From Phycicoccus sp. (GTDB lineage: Bacteria > Actinomycetota > Actinomycetes > Actinomycetales > Dermatophilaceae): a DNA stretch of 64,000 nucleotides. A program made the position numbers and the translations under genes. Shown one piece after another: positions 1 through 10,233 of the stretch. The DNA lies in NCBI GenBank assembly GCA_035418665.1, contig DAOLRO010000001.1, positions 6,089 to 70,088 on the forward strand, in the 5' to 3' direction. The notes under the pieces are model-generated. The model did not search any database. It saw only the letters and a program-made list of their open reading frames with translations, and was not told the origin of the DNA. Position 1 is the first letter of the stretch. Each line of letters opens with the position of its first letter.

Positions 1-52
1 GCCGGGTGTGCTCCGGGGCGACGTGCTCGGGGCGGTCGGACGGGTCGCTCAT
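1..52 (-). CDS. 5' end of a gene running off the window (possibly HtrA-like protease by synteny)
   Basis: ATG at 52-50 overlaps the anti-sigma stop (ATGA) and reads [17 protein letters not shown]. Identity inferred only from the usual sigE-rseA-htrA order. Confidence 0.35.
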   Translation of the reverse strand, partial: MSDPSDRPEHVAPEHTR

Positions 53-633
53 GGTGTGGATTCTGCCCTGTCGATCGAGTCGTTGTCGGGATGGAGTACT
101 GGCACTCCGGCACCGGTCCACGATGCGGGCAACACCGTGGATCGGCGGTCGGTGAGGGGCGAGTTGGCGCCGGGCGCCACCGGCTTCGCGGTGTGAAGCA
201 CCGCGGCGGGGTGGACGTCCTGACTTGTCGGGTTGGTCCTGACGGCCACTCCGAGCGTCCACACGGCCGTGGCGCCGAGCCCGGCCACGGTCGAGGCGAG
301 GACAACCGACCGGAGGATGCTTCGGTGGGCTGGCGGCGCCGAGGGAGCCATGAGGGGCAAGGGCGCCATGGAAGCCGCCGGTCTCGGGACCCCACGCGCA
401 GACTCCGGGCCACCCAGCTCACGGCACGCCATCGCGAGCAGTTGGGCATGCAGGTTTCGGGACACGGCTGGGCCCGACGACAAGCGAGCCTGCAGCCGAC
501 GCTCCTGGCTCACGGCAACGACGCAGTGCTGACAGGTCACGAGATGTCGATCCCACGCCCTGGTGCGTTCGACCGGAAGACGACCCACGGCATACTCGGG
601 CAGTTCGGGCCCGCCACAGCGGACCCGGATCAC
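49..633 (-). CDS. Zinc-binding anti-sigma factor (RseA-like, zf-HC2)
   Basis: HLVTCQHC matches HxxxCxxC; C-terminal TM segment; overlaps the sigE stop. Confidence 0.8.
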   Translation of the reverse strand: MIRVRCGGPELPEYAVGRLPVERTRAWDRHLVTCQHCVVAVSQERRLQARLSSGPAVSRNLHAQLLAMACRELGGPESARGVPRPAASMAPLPLMAPSAPPAHRSILRSVVLASTVAGLGATAVWTLGVAVRTNPTSQDVHPAAVLHTAKPVAPGANSPLTDRRSTVLPASWTGAGVPVLHPDNDSIDRAESTP

Positions 634-1373
634 AGCGCGCCCGTGGCCGGTCGCATCGAGAGGCGACGCTTCGGACGGGTCGTCACGTGCGTCTCGGGCT
701 TCGGCGCGCGGTGCGCAAGTGCCTCGCGCAACTGCGTGCGGCCACGGTGGATGCGAGAGCGCACCGTCCCGAGCTTGATCCCAAGCGTCGCCGCGATCTC
801 CTCGTAGGAGAGGCCCTCGATGTCGCAGAGCACCACCGCTGCGCGGAAGTCGGGGGCAAGGGCATCGAGGGCCCGCTGCACGTCATCGTCGAAGTGGCTC
901 TCGGCATAGACCTGCTCGGGGCCCCGTTCGCGGCTGGTCAAGCGGGCGGCCGAGTCCTCCGAGAGGGCATCGAAGCGGATCCGCTGCTTGCGGCGCATCT
1001 TGTCGAGGAAGACGTTGGTCGTGATGCGGTGCAGCCAGCCCTCGAAGGTGCCGGGGGTGTAGGAGTGCAGCGAGCGGAAGACCCGGATGAAGACGTCGTG
1101 GGTGAGGTCCTCTGCGTCGTGCACGTTGCCGGTCAACCGGTAGGCGAGTCGGTAGACGCGCGCCGAATGCTGCTCGACGATCTCTTCCCAGGTCGGCGGC
1201 ACCCACGTCTCGGTGGTCGAGTCGGAGAGGGTGGTGGCGGCGGCGGAGGCTGTGCTTTCCGTGGCGCTGTCGGCGGTCAGGGTCGTCATCGTCATCGTCA
1301 TCGCTGTCGGTCCAGTCCTCGGGTCGGGGGCCGTTGCACGGGTCGTGTCGGTGCCCCCATGAGACGTCGTCAT
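630..1373 (-). CDS. sigE: ECF RNA polymerase sigma factor SigE
   Basis: [56 protein letters not shown]. Start uncertain. Confidence 0.93.
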   Translation of the reverse strand: MTTSHGGTDTTRATAPDPRTGPTAMTMTMTTLTADSATESTASAAATTLSDSTTETWVPPTWEEIVEQHSARVYRLAYRLTGNVHDAEDLTHDVFIRVFRSLHSYTPGTFEGWLHRITTNVFLDKMRRKQRIRFDALSEDSAARLTSRERGPEQVYAESHFDDDVQRALDALAPDFRAAVVLCDIEGLSYEEIAATLGIKLGTVRSRIHRGRTQLREALAHRAPKPETHVTTRPKRRLSMRPATGAL

Positions 1374-1450
1374 GGCCCGAATTGTTCCCGTCGAGTCTGG
1401 ACGTCTCCTGTGAGTCAGCGGCGAATCCGCCGCGAGTAGGGTTGCCTCGC

Positions 1451-2086
1451 ATGAGCACCTTGAAGCCCGCCAGTTGGTCCTACGCCGAAGAATTCGTCGC
1501 CGAGCCGGAAGCCACCGAGGCTGCCCGCCGTCGCGGCATCGAGTTCGGGGACGCAACCCCGGTCGGCACGGGCGCAGGAGCTCTCCTCCAGGTGATCGCT
1601 GCGTCCATCCAGGCACGCCATGTCATCGAGATCGGCAGCGGCGCCGGCACCTCCGGCCTCTGGCTACTCGGCGGGATGCCGATCGACGGTGTCCTCACGA
1701 CGATCGAAGTCTCACCCGAGCACGCGCAGGCGGCCAAGGACGCGTATGCCGGGGCGGGAGTGGCACACCAGCGCACCCGCGTCATCACGGGCCGTGCCTC
1801 CGACGTGCTGCCCCGGATGAGTGATGGGGCCTATGACCTGGCCCTCATCGACGCCGACAAGGTGAGTTATCCGCTCTATGTCGAGCATGCGATCCGTTTG
1901 CTGCGATCGGGGGGCGTGCTGGCCCTCGACAACATGCTCTGGCACGACAAGGTCGCTGACCCCGCAGCGCGTGACGAGTCCACGAGCATCCTGCGGGACC
2001 TGGGCAAGTTGATCCGCGACGATGAGCGACTGCTCACCGCGCTGGTGCCCGTGAGCGACGGACTCCTGCTCGCCGTCAAGCGCTGA
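1451..2086 (+). CDS. O-methyltransferase (Methyltransf_3)
   Basis: [15 protein letters not shown] motif, DLALIDADK; divergent from sigE as commonly seen in Actinobacteria. Confidence 0.9.
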   Translation: MSTLKPASWSYAEEFVAEPEATEAARRRGIEFGDATPVGTGAGALLQVIAASIQARHVIEIGSGAGTSGLWLLGGMPIDGVLTTIEVSPEHAQAAKDAYAGAGVAHQRTRVITGRASDVLPRMSDGAYDLALIDADKVSYPLYVEHAIRLLRSGGVLALDNMLWHDKVADPAARDESTSILRDLGKLIRDDERLLTALVPVSDGLLLAVKR

Positions 2087-2129
2087 TTCACGCCTGTGGC
2101 CCGACAGTCCCTCTGCCAGACGGCAAGGG

Positions 2130-2495
2130 TCAGGCGGATTGGTCGAGACCCGGTCCCGCTCCCCGTCGAAAGGCCGCCGGCCCCTCGGCAATGGCGACGA
2201 CCTCATAGTCCTCGATGATGATCGGCGCGGACCCGATCAACTCGCTGCCCGGGGAGGTCGCGGCGTCGGCCTCGAACTGGGTCCGGAAGCGGTCGCGCTC
2301 ATGTTCGGAGTCGAAGACGTAGGTCCCCTCGAACCACTCCCCTTCGCGCATCCGCCACACCTTGAACGCCAGGCCGTCAAGGAACATGAACCTCGCGATC
2401 GAGGTGCCGACGACATATTCGCGCAATTGGTGGGCCACCTCGGGCCCGCAGCCCTTGAGGGACCAACGCACCGCCAGCCCGTATCCGGCGTTCAT
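2130..2495 (-). CDS. Small hypothetical protein, possibly YdhR-like alpha/beta barrel
   Basis: GLAFKVWRMREGEWFEGTYVF pattern; 121 aa; purine-rich RBS upstream. Confidence 0.6.
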   Translation of the reverse strand: MNAGYGLAVRWSLKGCGPEVAHQLREYVVGTSIARFMFLDGLAFKVWRMREGEWFEGTYVFDSEHERDRFRTQFEADAATSPGSELIGSAPIIIEDYEVVAIAEGPAAFRRGAGPGLDQSA

Positions 2496-2609
2496 TGGAC
2501 ATCCTTCCGGGAAGGGAACAGGTCGTTGCGCAGCACGCTAGGTCGCCGGTGATCTCCCCGGCCACACCGTCTCACCGATTGGGGTTGGGGGCCGGCCACG
2601 GTGAGACGC

Positions 2610-2644
2610 CGAAGGGGCCCGCACCGTGGGTGCGGGCCCCTTCG
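2610..2644 (-). terminator. GC-rich hairpin downstream of the DUF3117 gene
   Basis: CGAAGGGGCCCGCACC-gtg-GGTGCGGGCCCCTTCG perfect stem. Confidence 0.7.
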
Positions 2645-2683
2645 AGAGGCTGGGCCATTCGGCCGTCTCTCACGGGTGCGAGG

Positions 2684-2857
2684 TCACTTGAGGCCTTCGC
2701 AGTTGTCGATGGCCACGCCGAGTGCCTTGACCTCCTCGGCGTTCATCTCGATGACGATGCGACCGCCACCATCCGCGGGCATCCGCAGGACGAAGCAACG
2801 CCCCTCCTTGACCACCTCGAGAGAGCCATCGCCCGTCCTGGGCTTCATTGCCGCCAT
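2684..2857 (-). CDS. DUF3117 family protein
   Basis: MAAMKPRTGDGSLEVVKEGR..MPADGGGRIVIEM signature. Confidence 0.9.
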   Translation of the reverse strand: MAAMKPRTGDGSLEVVKEGRCFVLRMPADGGGRIVIEMNAEEVKALGVAIDNCEGLK

Positions 2858-2965
2858 GGGTAAATCCCTTCGTCGTGGCCCCACTCGCCATCGCGGGGCA
2901 TTCACTTCACCGGCAGGGTCCGGTGGCCGAGGACCATTATCCCGCGCTTGCGGCGTGCATCCTAA

Positions 2966-4252
2966 TCACGGTGGGCGTGACCCCCACGGCGTGTAGGTGA
3001 GGAAGGTGGCGGTCCACCAGACCATGCCCACGACCAACAGGGCGAGCAGCAGAGCCACCCGTCGCTTCCAATGCCGCACGATCCCGTCGCCGGTGGAGGT
3101 GCGCATGGCCACGCTCGCGAACAGGGCCGCGAGGGGAAAGTCCAGGAGCAGGAAGCGCCACATGGAGGTGATGGGCCGCACGACAGCGAACAGGTAGAGG
3201 GGGTAGGCCACCGCCCACACCCGGAGCTCAACGGGGATCCACCGTCCGTGCCGGCCGAGGACGAGGGCGATGTAGGTGCCCACGAGGCCGACGAGGACGA
3301 TCACTCCCGCTGCCCCCTTGCTCTCCCAGGCCCATTGCAACCAGAGCACGAAGGGGCCCGCACTGGGTTGCATCCCCCAGGCCCGCTGCACGTCGAAGAA
3401 GGCCGTCGGTATGCCGCTCACCTGGCCGGCGATGGCAGGCCACAGGATGCCCGATATCCCCGTGAGCCCAACCATGGCCAGCGCCGCCGTGCGTTGACCA
3501 TGGAGCGGCGCCTTGCCGCCCTGTTGGTCCTCACGCCACCGCAAGAACAGATGGACCACGACGGCCAATCCCATGGCGGGGGCCACAGCGCGGGTCAGGC
3601 CCAGTGGCACGGCGAGGAGTGCCACGACCCAGTACCTGCGCTGGAGGAGGGCCAGCAGGCTGCCCGCGATGAGCACCATCGCGAGCGCTTCCGTGTAGGG
3701 CTTGAGCAGCACCGTCGTGGCGGGGTAGAAGCACCAGAGGACGGCAGCCAGGAGGGCCAGGCGTTCGCGCTCCGGCCGAGGCTCGGCGTGCACACCGTGG
3801 CGCAGGGTCGCCCAGATGAGAATCGTCGAGAGGGCACCGAGCCCGAGGTTGAGAAGGACCCCCGCAGCGAGGAACGGGACGCCGAGTGCCATCAGGCCGC
3901 GGAGGATCATCGGGAAGAGCGGATAGAAGGCCCACTCGCTGTAGGTCAGGACACCGGTCTCCGGGTCACCCGGGAGCGGCACGGGATAGCCATGGCGGGC
4001 GATCCGTTCGTACCATTCCGTGTCCCACAGCGGGAGCAGGTCGAGGACACCAGGGTCATCGGTGCCCACTCCGGCGGGGTTCTGAAAATGGTTCGCCGCA
4101 ACCCAGAGGCAACCCCACCCGATGAGCCGGGACACGGCATACACGATCAGCAAGGTGCGCACGGGATGGGCCATGGCCTTCGCCGACCACCCGCCCCGGG
4201 CGGGCAAGAGATGCCCCGCGCCCTGGGCAGCCACAGCCGAACCCTCAACCAT
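2966..4252 (-). CDS. Polytopic GT-C glycosyltransferase (PIG-V-like mannosyltransferase)
   Basis: WDTEWYERIARHGYP, WAFYPLFP and YTEAL motifs; many TM helices. Confidence 0.8.
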   Translation of the reverse strand: MVEGSAVAAQGAGHLLPARGGWSAKAMAHPVRTLLIVYAVSRLIGWGCLWVAANHFQNPAGVGTDDPGVLDLLPLWDTEWYERIARHGYPVPLPGDPETGVLTYSEWAFYPLFPMILRGLMALGVPFLAAGVLLNLGLGALSTILIWATLRHGVHAEPRPERERLALLAAVLWCFYPATTVLLKPYTEALAMVLIAGSLLALLQRRYWVVALLAVPLGLTRAVAPAMGLAVVVHLFLRWREDQQGGKAPLHGQRTAALAMVGLTGISGILWPAIAGQVSGIPTAFFDVQRAWGMQPSAGPFVLWLQWAWESKGAAGVIVLVGLVGTYIALVLGRHGRWIPVELRVWAVAYPLYLFAVVRPITSMWRFLLLDFPLAALFASVAMRTSTGDGIVRHWKRRVALLLALLVVGMVWWTATFLTYTPWGSRPP

Positions 4253-6047
4253 CGCGCCAGCGTCGCACGTCCCAGAAGGCGACGCCGCCTGATTCGGTCG
4301 CCGGGCCCAGGACGGACTCGACACTGACACGGAGCAGGGCATTGTCGGGACGTGGAGGGAGGACGACGAGGTCGGCTCGCCAGAACCGAAGGTCCGAGCG
4401 GAACTGCTCGATCTCGATTGGGGTGGCCACCCGGGGGACCTGGTCCCGCGCGATCTCGGCCAACCATTGGGAGAACGGGCGGCGTACGGCCCCACGGGTA
4501 CCCACGCCCGAGCCACTACCGTCTGGCCCCATGAAATAGCCCTCGACGAGCGGGAACTCCCACCGCGCGCTCGCCTGCCAGTCGTTGGCTCGCATATCGA
4601 CGATGTCGGGGGGAGGCACACCCAACACTGCGCCGCCATCCAGGTAGGAACGCCAATCGCCCGACGTGAAGAACTCCGGGACGACGGGGCGCGGGTCGGC
4701 CCACAACCGCGTCGGGACCATCGGGGCCAAGGCGAGGGTGACGGCGACCCCGATGACGCCGAGAGGGCCCCAACGTTGCCAGATCGGGTCGCCGGAATGT
4801 TGGCGCACTCGAACCCTGGTCGGGCCCCATGACCGCCGGATGGCCCAGTCCAGAGCGGCCACGAGAATGGCGGCCGCGGCGGGGACCGTGACGAGCGTCA
4901 ACCGCGTCGGGAGCACGGACTCGAACAGGGGCAGATCCGCGACGAGAGACCAGAGTCCGGGGATCGACGTGGCCTTCCCGTGCAAGGTCACCTCGCTGCC
5001 GAGGGAGAGCCAGACACTCACCAACACGACAAGGGCGCTGGCGCGCACGACGGGGCGGCGGAGGAGGAGCACGACCAAGCCCAAGAGCACGGGCCAGAGC
5101 GGCACCCCGAAGAAGGCGTTCTCCTCGGTCCTGTTCATCGACAAGGCCGCCGAAGCCCAGGGGTCGGCACCGATCGTCCGCGTCGCCCTCCCCCACAGCG
5201 AGGCCAGGTCGTTGGTGGCCACCGGCTGCCACATCGACGTGTAGCTCTGGGGCCCGGCGAACTGCCACCACAGTGGGAAGGCGAAGAGCAGGACCGTGGT
5301 GAGAACCCCAATGGCGACACCGGGCAGCATCGTGCGCCAGGGCAATCGCCGCTGCACAAGCATCGCCAGCGCCGCGATGGCGATCCCCACCGCAGCCAGA
5401 AGAAGGACCTCCTCACCCATCCACAGTTGCCAGGTCACCACGAGGCCGAGCACGGTCCCCTTGCGCCACACCAGTCGTCGGGGGTGAGCCTGTCCGAGGT
5501 CGATCAGTCGATCGATGATCACCGGCACGAGGAATTGGGCGAGAAAGTTCGGGTGGCCGTTGCCGTGGGAGACCATGGCCGGGGAGAAGCCCACGAACAG
5601 GCCCCCGATGAATGCGGCGGCGCGGTGCGCTCCCATCCGCCGGACGAACAGTGCATACCAGCACCACGCCGTGGCCGCGAAGCCGAGCCACTCGATGAGC
5701 AGGAAGGTCCAGTGCGGCCCCAACGTGAGGGTGATCGGAGCAAACGGGATCCCCAGACCCATGACCGTCGCATTGGCGAGCATGTTGACGCCGGTCGGGT
5801 GGTTCTGGAGGGTCGAGAAGAGGGGGTTGGAGAATGTGGCCAGACTGTGGGCCGTGGCTCCGAAGTACCACTCGAAGGCCTGCTGGTCCTGCACACCCTG
5901 CGAGAGGTAGGTGCCTCTGGGATCCACGAAGAGACGGCTCAGCATCCAGAACGCCACCACCGCGTATGCCGTGGCTGCCGCGGCATCGGCCCTTGACCAG
6001 CGCAGTGGCGGCTGCGCGTCAGCGGTCGAGGGCGGCGAGGAGCTCAT
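4245..6047 (-). CDS. Polytopic membrane protein, probable GT-C glycosyltransferase
   Basis: DQQAFEW loop after TM1, NHPTGVNMLAN, GFSPAMVSH, many TMs and a soluble C-terminus. Confidence 0.7.
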   Translation of the reverse strand: MSSSPPSTADAQPPLRWSRADAAAATAYAVVAFWMLSRLFVDPRGTYLSQGVQDQQAFEWYFGATAHSLATFSNPLFSTLQNHPTGVNMLANATVMGLGIPFAPITLTLGPHWTFLLIEWLGFAATAWCWYALFVRRMGAHRAAAFIGGLFVGFSPAMVSHGNGHPNFLAQFLVPVIIDRLIDLGQAHPRRLVWRKGTVLGLVVTWQLWMGEEVLLLAAVGIAIAALAMLVQRRLPWRTMLPGVAIGVLTTVLLFAFPLWWQFAGPQSYTSMWQPVATNDLASLWGRATRTIGADPWASAALSMNRTEENAFFGVPLWPVLLGLVVLLLRRPVVRASALVVLVSVWLSLGSEVTLHGKATSIPGLWSLVADLPLFESVLPTRLTLVTVPAAAAILVAALDWAIRRSWGPTRVRVRQHSGDPIWQRWGPLGVIGVAVTLALAPMVPTRLWADPRPVVPEFFTSGDWRSYLDGGAVLGVPPPDIVDMRANDWQASARWEFPLVEGYFMGPDGSGSGVGTRGAVRRPFSQWLAEIARDQVPRVATPIEIEQFRSDLRFWRADLVVLPPRPDNALLRVSVESVLGPATESGGVAFWDVRRWRDG

Positions 6048-6402
6048 CAACCTGCTCCATCCGGTAGCCCCGCAACACGACGGGGAAGGTCACGTCGGCG
6101 GCCGGACGGCTCGGGGTCTCCACACCGGCGTCCTCGAGGGGGCCCAGCCACTGGATCCACTCCTCGAGGTGCGCATCGACCGGCCCGGGGTCGTAACCCC
6201 GCAGCCCGGTCTCGAAGCGCACGTCGCGCAACTCCTGCGCCGTGAACCCACGATCAAGTGGCAGATCCAAGGGTGGCACGGAGCTCACGGGCGCCGGCAG
6301 CGGGTCGGTTCGAAGGCCTCGCCGCGACGCCCACACACCCAGCGCCACCACCGAGCAGCCGGTCAGGGCCAACGCCACCCAGATCGGCCAGTCACCCCTC
6401 AC
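6019..6402 (-). CDS. DivIVA-domain protein with N-terminal TM
   Basis: Two DivIVA-like repeats: VRFETGLRGYDPGPVD and VTFPVVLRGYRMEQVD. Confidence 0.85.
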   Translation of the reverse strand: MRGDWPIWVALALTGCSVVALGVWASRRGLRTDPLPAPVSSVPPLDLPLDRGFTAQELRDVRFETGLRGYDPGPVDAHLEEWIQWLGPLEDAGVETPSRPAADVTFPVVLRGYRMEQVDELLAALDR

Positions 6403-7241
6403 TCGAGCTCCTTGGGTTCCTCGGATGCTGGCAGGACGGGTGCCCGACTCCCCCGCAGGCCACCGCCTGAGCGATCCGAGGCCTCGATGCGCGCCACGGC
6501 CTCGTCGACGTCATCGGTGACGGTCATCAGGTCGAGATCGCCCGGGCTGATCGTCCCGTGGGCGAGCGCGGCCTCGCGCAGCCAGTCGAGCAGGCCCGAC
6601 CAGTACGACGTCCCCATGAGGACGATCGGGAAACTGGTCACCTTCTTGGTCTGGACCAAGGTGATGGCCTCGAAGAGTTCATCGAGGGTCCCGAACCCAC
6701 CGGGCAGCACGATGAAGCCTTGCGCATATTTGACGAACATCGTCTTGCGCGCGAAGAAGTAGCGGAAGTTGACTCCGAGGTCGACGTATTCGTTGAGGCC
6801 CTGCTCGAAGGGCAGCTCGATCCCCAACCCCACAGAGACCCCACCAGCCTCGACGGCCCCCTTGTTCGCGGCTTCCATGGCACCGGGCCCGCCACCGGTG
6901 ATCACGGCATATCCCGCAACCACGAGGGCCTTGGCGACCCGGATCCCCAGGTCATAGGTGGGGTCCTCGGGCTTGGTGCGTGCGGACCCGAAGACACTGA
7001 CCGCCGGCCCGACCTCGGCGAGCGCGCCAAAACCTTCGACGAACTCCGCCTGGATGCGCATCACCCGCCAGGGGTCGGTGTGGACCCAGTCGGCACTCCC
7101 CCGCGAGTCAAGCAGTCGCTGGTCGGTGGTCTCCTCGGGCACCTGACCGCGGCGCATGACGAGCGGACCCTTGAAGTAGTCCCCTTGGGCCCCGGTCACC
7201 TCGGCTCCAGACCCCTTGCCGGAGCGACCCTCGACGGTCAT
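6399..7241 (-). CDS. LOG family (TIGR00730) nucleotide phosphoribohydrolase
   Basis: VFGSAR, TGGGPGAMEAANKGA, PGGFGTLDELFE. Confidence 0.92.
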   Translation of the reverse strand: MTVEGRSGKGSGAEVTGAQGDYFKGPLVMRRGQVPEETTDQRLLDSRGSADWVHTDPWRVMRIQAEFVEGFGALAEVGPAVSVFGSARTKPEDPTYDLGIRVAKALVVAGYAVITGGGPGAMEAANKGAVEAGGVSVGLGIELPFEQGLNEYVDLGVNFRYFFARKTMFVKYAQGFIVLPGGFGTLDELFEAITLVQTKKVTSFPIVLMGTSYWSGLLDWLREAALAHGTISPGDLDLMTVTDDVDEAVARIEASDRSGGGLRGSRAPVLPASEEPKELE

Positions 7242-8344
7242 GACGGGCCTCCGCTCAGCCAGCGGATCATGGCCGCCTCAGCCGCGACCAATTGATCGAC
7301 GGGGCACTGCTCGTCGTCCATATGGGCGAGGTTGGGGTCGCCGGGACCGAAGTTCACCGCCGGCACCCCCATGGCCGAGAACCTCGCAACGTCGGTCCAG
7401 CCCTGCTTCCCCGTCACGTCCACACCGAGCGCCGCGACGAAGGCCTGCGCCGCCGGAGTGCCGAGCCCGGGCAAGGCGCCACCGGCGTTGTCCGTGATGG
7501 CCAACTCGAAGCCGTCGAAGACGGTGCGCACGTGCGCCTCGGCCTCCTCCTCAGACACATCCGGCGCGTAGCGATAGTTCACCGTCACCACGCACCGGTC
7601 GGGGATGACATTGCCGGCGATGCCACCGCTGATCCCGACCGCGTTGAGGGCCTCGCGATACTCCAGGCCGTCGATGGTCGCCACTCTTGCCTCGTATGCC
7701 GTGAGTCGCCTGAGGATTTCGCCGGCGTCGTGGATGGCGTTGTGTCCTTTCCAGGGGCGAGCCGAGTGTGCGGCGATGCCCTTGGTGGTGATCTCAGCGC
7801 GGAGTGTGCCCTTGCAGCCCCCTTCGACGTTGCCGTCCGTGGGCTCGAGGAGCACGGCGAAGTCGGCATCCTCGATGAGGTCGGGTCGCTGCTGCTGGAC
7901 GTGGAGAAGGCCGTTGTATTCGGACTCGATCTCCTCGCCCTCGTAGAAGACAAAGGTGAGGTCGCGGTTGGGTTGGCGCACCTCGTGGGCCACGCGCAAC
8001 TGGACAGCCACACCCCCCTTCATGTCGACCGTGCCGCGGCCCCAGAGGACCTCCTCCTCACCCACCCGCTCGCGCCGGACGGGCAGATTGCTCGGGTCCT
8101 TGGTGAGGGGGACGGTGTCGATGTGCCCGGCGAGCACCACGCGGTCGGCGTGGCCCAGGTCGGTCCTGGCAATCAGGGTGTTGCCCAAGCGAGTGACCGT
8201 CAGGTGTGGCAGCCCGGACAGCACGTCCTCGATGGCATCGGCCAGGGCAGCCTCGTCGAGGCTCACGGAGGGGATGTCGCACAGGGCTCCGGTCAGGGTG
8301 ACCACATCGGTGGTGAGGTCGATCGTCAAGGGGTGAGACGGCAT
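7238..8344 (-). CDS. dapE: Succinyl-diaminopimelate desuccinylase
   Basis: AGHIDTVP, GRGTVDMKGG, YEGEE, GWTDVARF, AHMDDE; divergent from dapD. Confidence 0.93.
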   Translation of the reverse strand: MPSHPLTIDLTTDVVTLTGALCDIPSVSLDEAALADAIEDVLSGLPHLTVTRLGNTLIARTDLGHADRVVLAGHIDTVPLTKDPSNLPVRRERVGEEEVLWGRGTVDMKGGVAVQLRVAHEVRQPNRDLTFVFYEGEEIESEYNGLLHVQQQRPDLIEDADFAVLLEPTDGNVEGGCKGTLRAEITTKGIAAHSARPWKGHNAIHDAGEILRRLTAYEARVATIDGLEYREALNAVGISGGIAGNVIPDRCVVTVNYRYAPDVSEEEAEAHVRTVFDGFELAITDNAGGALPGLGTPAAQAFVAALGVDVTGKQGWTDVARFSAMGVPAVNFGPGDPNLAHMDDEQCPVDQLVAAEAAMIRWLSGGPS

Positions 8345-8403
8345 ACCGATGAGCCTAACGACCTCACCCGGGGACCTTCGGCGATCCACGTACCCTTGTC
8401 GCC

Positions 8404-9351
8404 ATGACGCAGACCCGCACCGCCTGGGGCCACGGCCTGTCCACCCGCACGGCCGATGGCACCGTGCTCGACACCTGGTTCCCTCGGCCGGTGCTCGGCA
8501 CACCTCCGGAGGTGGCTGACGAGGCGTATGCCGCGGACGTCGCCCTGCTCGACCCGCTTGTCCGCGATGACGAGGCTCGCGGTGTCCAGATCGGCAGGGG
8601 CCTGGTAGCGATCGATCTCGACGCGGCACCCACCTCGACGGAGGACGCCTACCTCCGGCTGCACCTGCTCTCCCACCGCCTCGTCACCCCGAACTCGATC
8701 ACCCTGGACGGGATCTTCGGGGTCCTCGCCAATGTCGTGTGGACCAACCATGGACCGTGCGCGGTCGAGGGTTTCGAACGAACCCGGGCACGGCTCATGG
8801 CGCGTGGCCCGGTGCAGGTTTTCGGGATCGACAAGTTCCCTCGGATGACCGACTACGTCGTGCCCAGTGGGGTGCGGATCGCGGACGCCGACCGGGTCCG
8901 GCTCGGAGCCCACCTCGCTCCCGGGACGACGGTCATGCACGAGGGTTTCGTGAACTTCAACGCCGGCACGCTCGGCACCTCGATGGTCGAGGGGCGGATC
9001 AGTCAGGGTGTCGTGGTCGGTGACGGCTCGGACATCGGGGGTGGCGCCTCGACGATGGGCACCCTGTCCGGCGGCGGCAACGAGCGCGTCAGCCTCGGCG
9101 AGCGCTGTCTGTTGGGTGCCGAGTCGGGGCTGGGGATCGCGCTCGGGGACGACTGTGTGGTCGAGGCCGGGCTCTACGTCACGGCCGGCACCAAGGTGAC
9201 TCTGCCGGATGGCACCGTCGCAAAGGCCCGCGATCTGTCGGGACAGTCCAACCTGCTCTTCCTGCGCGACTCCGTGACCGGGGCCGTCCTGGCGCGCCCG
9301 CGCGACGGCCACGGGATCGTCCTCAACTCGGCCCTCCACGCCAACGACTGA
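8404..9351 (+). CDS. dapD: Tetrahydrodipicolinate N-succinyltransferase
   Basis: [43 protein letters not shown], hexapeptide repeats. Confidence 0.95.
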   Translation: MTQTRTAWGHGLSTRTADGTVLDTWFPRPVLGTPPEVADEAYAADVALLDPLVRDDEARGVQIGRGLVAIDLDAAPTSTEDAYLRLHLLSHRLVTPNSITLDGIFGVLANVVWTNHGPCAVEGFERTRARLMARGPVQVFGIDKFPRMTDYVVPSGVRIADADRVRLGAHLAPGTTVMHEGFVNFNAGTLGTSMVEGRISQGVVVGDGSDIGGGASTMGTLSGGGNERVSLGERCLLGAESGLGIALGDDCVVEAGLYVTAGTKVTLPDGTVAKARDLSGQSNLLFLRDSVTGAVLARPRDGHGIVLNSALHAND

Positions 9352-9357
9352 GCGCCC

Positions 9358-10233
9358 ATGCCACGGACCGATCGGGGAGCCTTCACGTTCGCCGAGGAGC
9401 ACCACCGCCCCCGACTCGTCGGGCGGCTGCTCCTGCTCGGACTTGCGCTCGTCGTCGGGATCGGCGGTTGGTGGGGGGTCCGCGCCGCCCTGGACTCCTT
9501 CGCGACCATGGAGTGTCGCGTCACGGCCTCGGAGCAGACCTTTGACTGGGCTCCTGATCAGGCAAGCAACACGGCCGTGATCACGGCCATCGCGCTGCGT
9601 CGCGGGATGGTCCCGCGCGCCGCGACGATCGCCATCGCCACCGCCCTTCAGGAGAGCAAGGTCCGCAACATCACCTATGGCGACCGGGATTCGGTCGGGC
9701 TCTTCCAGCAACGCCCCTCCCAGGGCTGGGGCACGGTGGAGCAGATCATGAATCCCGAATACTCCTCCAATGCCTTCTACGACGCGCTCGAGAAGGTCAG
9801 CGGCTGGGAGAATGCGGACATCGCGACGGCGGCCCAGGAGGTCCAGCGCAGCGCCGACGGACGGGCTTATGCCGCCCACGAGGCCAAGGCGCGGGTGACC
9901 GCCTCAGTGCTCTCGGGCCACTCGCCGGCGGGCATCGGGTGCCGCCTCGACGACCCGACCACCGCTGGTGACCCGGCGGCACTGGTTGCCCTCATCAAGG
10001 CCGATCACGACCTTGACGCTCGGGTCGAAGGGCGCAGCGTCGTGATCGACGTCGCCGACGCCCGGCAGGCGTGGGCGATCGGTTCCTGGGGCGTGGCTCG
10101 AGCCGTCGACACCGGCGCCAGGTCCGTGCAGGTCGGTGACAAGCAGTGGTCGCGGTCGCGAGCGAGCTCGGCCCTGACGTGGTCCACCTCCTCCACCCCG
10201 CAACCCCAGACCCGCGTCGTCCTCACCCTCTGA
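9358..10233 (+). CDS. Membrane-anchored protein with lysozyme-like domain
   Basis: N-terminal TM; ATALQES..GDRDSVGLFQQRPSQGWG motif typical of actinobacterial lysozyme-like modules. Confidence 0.75.
   Translation: MPRTDRGAFTFAEEHHRPRLVGRLLLLGLALVVGIGGWWGVRAALDSFATMECRVTASEQTFDWAPDQASNTAVITAIALRRGMVPRAATIAIATALQESKVRNITYGDRDSVGLFQQRPSQGWGTVEQIMNPEYSSNAFYDALEKVSGWENADIATAAQEVQRSADGRAYAAHEAKARVTASVLSGHSPAGIGCRLDDPTTAGDPAALVALIKADHDLDARVEGRSVVIDVADARQAWAIGSWGVARAVDTGARSVQVGDKQWSRSRASSALTWSTSSTPQPQTRVVLTL

Noticed and set aside
1285-1302. GTCATC x3 microsatellite in the sigE 5' region
   Set aside because: In-frame 6-bp unit in a low-complexity N-terminal extension, with no phase-variation potential.
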